Positions 61,359 to 64,000 of a stretch of 64,000 nucleotides of DNA are shown in pieces (position 1 is the stretch's first letter; each line of letters begins with the position of its first letter). Source of the stretch: Gammaproteobacteria bacterium (GTDB lineage: Bacteria; Pseudomonadota; Gammaproteobacteria; Ga0077536); contig JADLGE010000034.1 in NCBI GenBank assembly GCA_020849475.1, forward strand, positions 21,286 to 85,285, read 5' to 3'. Under the pieces are notes generated by a model. That model was not told the origin of the DNA, ran no database searches, and saw only the letters and a list, made by a program, of their open reading frames with translations. The translations under genes were made by a program, and so were the position numbers.

Positions 61359-62701
61359 GTCGCACGCTCGATATTGGCGGCCGGGATGCGTACGCGCACA
61401 CGCAGCCCACCGCTTGCCAGGTGCTCGATGGCGAGCGTGCCGGCGCAGGCCGCGGCGCGTTCGCCGAGGCCCGTCAGGCCATGGCCTGCGACGCTCGCTC
61501 CGGCGCCGCGGCCGTCGTCGCAAATCTCGATTTCAAAGCAATCATCGACACGCGCGAGGCTCACGACCACGCGCTGCGCCGCGGCGTGCCGCACGGCATT
61601 GGTCAGCGCTTCCTGCACGATGCGCAGGATCTCGGCGGCGAGCGGCGCCGGCAAAGCGTCGAAGCGCGGATCGCAATGGGCGTTGATGCGCGGCGCGTCG
61701 GCGCAGCGTCGATTCCAGTCGGCCACCAGCGCCTGCACGGCGGCGCACAGGCCGAGTTCATCGAGGCCCGGTGGACGCAGCCGCGTCAGCACGTCACGCA
61801 CCAGGGTGTGCAGATGCGCGATGCTGTCGGCGCTGCGTTCGAGCGCGCGCTGCAATGGCTCATCATCGTCCGCCACGCTGCGCCTGAGGGTGGCGGTGGT
61901 GGCGGCCAGCGCGGTCAGGTGCTGGCCGAACTCGTCGTGCAGATCGCGCGCCAGTTGCCGGCGCTCGTGTTCCTGCACTTCGAGCAGACGCAGACTGAGC
62001 TGCGCGCGCTGCTGTTCGAGGGCGGCGAGTGTGGCGGCCAGCGAATCACAGGCCTCGGCGATGCGCTGCATCTCGGTATGGCGCTGCGCGCCGAGACGTG
62101 CGTGGCGTGAACCGGCTGCCAGGGATTCAAGATGGGCCACCACCGCCGCGAGCGGGCGCAGCGCACGCGTCATGAACCATGCCAGCACCAGGCACAGACT
62201 CGCCACCAGCGCCGCGCTGAGTGCCGCCATGCGCCGGCTTTCGGCCCAGCTGCGCGCGATCTCGGCTTCGCCGTCGACGCTCAGCGCGAGGCGCGCGTGG
62301 AGGTCGTGACCACGGGCGATGTCGCGCGTCACGCGCCGCGCTGGCGCGAACAGCACGCGATAGGTGGCGGCAAACCATGGCGGCACGTCGCCGTTGGCGG
62401 CGGCGCCGCGACAATCGCTGCGCCACGGTTGGCCATTGGGATGTTCGAGCTTGAAGCAACTGCCGTCGCCGCGCGCCACCACGCTCAAGGCACTCCAGTC
62501 GGGAAAGCGCGCATCGAGCGTCACACTTTCACGCAGCCCCATGAGTTGCCCGCGCAGGATGCGCTCGCCGGTATCGGCGATGTGCTCGAGCTGGCGCATC
62601 GAAGCGCGGTGTTCGAGGGTCAGCAGCACCGCCATGGCCAGCACGAAGGCGAGCAGGGCGCAGCCGGCGGTGGTGATCAGCAGATGGGTGGTGAGACGCA
62701 C
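61355..62701 (-). CDS. Sensor histidine kinase, HisKA_3 (NarX/DesK-type)
   Basis: GTG start at 62701. It has two TM segments around a ~140-aa periplasmic domain, a HAMP-like linker, the H-box ERRQLARDLHDEFGQHLTAL and the HATPase motifs EALTNAVRHA and DDGRG. Confidence 0.85.
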   Translation of the reverse strand: MRLTTHLLITTAGCALLAFVLAMAVLLTLEHRASMRQLEHIADTGERILRGQLMGLRESVTLDARFPDWSALSVVARGDGSCFKLEHPNGQPWRSDCRGAAANGDVPPWFAATYRVLFAPARRVTRDIARGHDLHARLALSVDGEAEIARSWAESRRMAALSAALVASLCLVLAWFMTRALRPLAAVVAHLESLAAGSRHARLGAQRHTEMQRIAEACDSLAATLAALEQQRAQLSLRLLEVQEHERRQLARDLHDEFGQHLTALAATTATLRRSVADDDEPLQRALERSADSIAHLHTLVRDVLTRLRPPGLDELGLCAAVQALVADWNRRCADAPRINAHCDPRFDALPAPLAAEILRIVQEALTNAVRHAAAQRVVVSLARVDDCFEIEICDDGRGAGASVAGHGLTGLGERAAACAGTLAIEHLASGGLRVRVRIPAANIERAT

Positions 62702-62896
62702 GCCTCGGCGCTCGCGGGTGAAGATGGTCCGGCAGTGTAAACGAGCCTGGCAGGGGCGGCGTCGTGCGGCCGCGACGCGGGCAATTTGCCCGTGAATGGG
62801 CGGGCTTGCTGCCGTAGAGCGGCAGCGGTGGTAAGGCTAGTCTGGCTCGCGCTCATGACGGGCATGTCGCCCGCCGTGCCTTACAGGAGTCAGACC

Positions 62897-64000
62897 ATGC
62901 TCGATGCCCGCAGCCCCTTGAACGCCGCCGCGCTCGCGCGGTGCGCCACGCGCCTGGCGCAAGGCCAGCCGCCCGAGATTGCCGCCTGGCGGCATCTGCA
63001 TATCGACAGCGGCAGCGCGCCGTGGCAGGACAGCGGCCTGGCTGTCCGCGCTGGCCAGGCGCTCAGTTATTTCGTCCATGGCGCCACGCGCCTCAAGGCG
63101 TTGCATGCGGTCAGCGTGCCGGCGCGCTTTCAACTGTGGGCGCGGGTCGGCGCAGGAGACGTGCTGCGCGGCACGCGCGACAGTCACAGTTTCGTCGCCT
63201 CTTCAGACGGCTCTTTGCAATTGGGCAATTATTTTCCCGGCGAGTGGAGCAGCCGCCACGGCGACAACGCCGTGCCCGACGCCGCCTATGCACTGGTCGA
63301 AGGCGGCATCGACGTGCTGGTGATTGCATGGGCGCCCGGCCTCGATGCGCGGCGCGGCCTTGCGGCGTTGATGCAGCTTGACGACACGCTCGCCAGTGCA
63401 GAACTCGCGCGCCTCGATGCACTGCCGGCCACGCCGGCCGGCTGGGACTACCTGTGGTTCCTGGGCCCTTCGGAAACCTTTCACGCTCATCACGACGGCG
63501 CCGCAGCCTGCATCCAGTGCACCACCAGCGCCGATGCCGCCATCGTCCATCATGAAGCCGAACTGCCGCTGCTGCCCGGCACGCAACTCCAATGGCGCTG
63601 GTGCGTCGATGCCCTGCCGTCGGCGGTGGCGGAAGACAGCCTGCCCACCCACGATTACCTCAGCATCGCGGTCGAGTTCGACAATGGTCTCGATCTGACT
63701 TACATGTGGAGCGTCAACTTACCGGTGGGCACGGTGTTTCGCTGTCCGCTGCCGAACTGGGACCAGCGCGAGACCCATGCGGTGGTGCGCAGCGGCAGCG
63801 CCGAACTCGGACAGTGGCTCACCGAACAGCGCGATGTGTTCGACGACTATCAAACCATGATCGCGCCAAGCGCCACCGCGCCAGCGCCGACCCGTGTGCT
63901 GCGCGTGTGGTTGATTGCGGTCAGCCTGTTTCAACGTGGCGTCGGCGCCTGCCGTTACGGTCCCATCACGCTCGACAACGCGGCGGGTCGCAGACACATC
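62897..64000 (+). CDS. DUF3047-family protein with ~170-aa N-terminal extension; 3' end runs off the window
   Basis: I translated from ATG 62897 (AGGAG 8 nt upstream) and found 368 codons with no stop to the window end. It is absent from the ORF track because it is open-ended. The C-terminal half, LQWRWCVDALP...HDYLSIAVEFDNGLDLTYMWS...RETHAVVRSG...WLTEQRDVFDDY...VWLIAVS, fits the DUF3047 pattern. Confidence 0.65.
   Translation, partial: MLDARSPLNAAALARCATRLAQGQPPEIAAWRHLHIDSGSAPWQDSGLAVRAGQALSYFVHGATRLKALHAVSVPARFQLWARVGAGDVLRGTRDSHSFVASSDGSLQLGNYFPGEWSSRHGDNAVPDAAYALVEGGIDVLVIAWAPGLDARRGLAALMQLDDTLASAELARLDALPATPAGWDYLWFLGPSETFHAHHDGAAACIQCTTSADAAIVHHEAELPLLPGTQLQWRWCVDALPSAVAEDSLPTHDYLSIAVEFDNGLDLTYMWSVNLPVGTVFRCPLPNWDQRETHAVVRSGSAELGQWLTEQRDVFDDYQTMIAPSATAPAPTRVLRVWLIAVSLFQRGVGACRYGPITLDNAAGRRHI

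Noticed and set aside
1-64000. A mobile genetic element, prophage, genomic island or known anti-phage defence system somewhere in the window.
   Set aside because: I recognised no integrase, transposase, recombinase, phage structural gene, tRNA attachment site, restriction-modification gene, toxin-antitoxin pair or nuclease/ATPase defence signature. Codon bias looks uniform apart from short AT-richer promoter regions. The only repeat structures are REPs and the tandem DUF1302 duplication.

Overview
GC-rich proteobacterial chromosomal segment with strong G/C third-position bias, so long spurious antisense 'shadow' ORFs cover most real genes. I support about 56 protein-coding genes. I saw no rRNA, tRNA, CRISPR array, transposase, integrase or phage gene. 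Left to right: (1) a minus-strand copper/cytochrome operon, csrA-like, two-domain multicopper oxidase, dihaem cytochrome c, monohaem cytochrome c, short NirK-type nitrite reductase, then a CusB-like RND adaptor that runs off the left edge. (2) XdhC-like, small basic protein, amidohydrolase, SnoaL-like, DUF899 and a beta-propeller protein. (3) A regulator divergent from a GatC/AtzG-like small subunit, amidase, D-aminoacylase-family and ABM monooxygenase operon. (4) otsB-otsA (OtsA carries a two-TM sensor-like N-terminal extension) divergent from a GH15 gene. (5) rimB-like, rimK and an AstE/AspA-family deacylase. (6) A five-gene acetophenone-carboxylase-type cluster: two HyuA paralogs, a Zn-ribbon gamma subunit, HyuB and an orphan fifth gene. 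(7) A TetR gene divergent from a large plus-strand envelope cluster: BNR propeller, two tandem DUF1302 barrel genes (the second carries a -1 frameshift in a G-run), membrane-anchored vWA protein, 756-aa secreted helical-repeat protein, COG0523 GTPase, and a DUF1329 protein with a twin-arginine leader. (8) Housekeeping uup, yciI-like, ppiA and yaaA. (9) A BaeSR-like two-component system divergent from a Spy/CpxP-like gene. (10) A secreted protein with two Notch/LNR-type modules, a desaturase, a PPOX-family protein, a leaderless trypsin-like protease, LLM and SDR genes, an HpaB/AbfD-family protein, a NarL-type two-component system, and a DUF3047 gene open at the right edge. Two families of REP-like palindromic intergenic repeats recur throughout. 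Many gene junctions are ATGA/GTGA start-stop overlaps (2416-2419, 17477-17480, 22401-22404, 41622-41625, 50899-50902, 58076-58079, 61355-61358), which supports the operon calls. The candidates I consider most worth follow-up are the vWA/TPR-like/COG0523/Tat-DUF1329 module embedded in the DUF1302 cluster, the Apc-type carboxylase cluster, the csrA-headed ncgABC-nirK-like operon, and the bacterial LNR-module protein. All functional calls come from motif and family recognition by eye. No database search was run.
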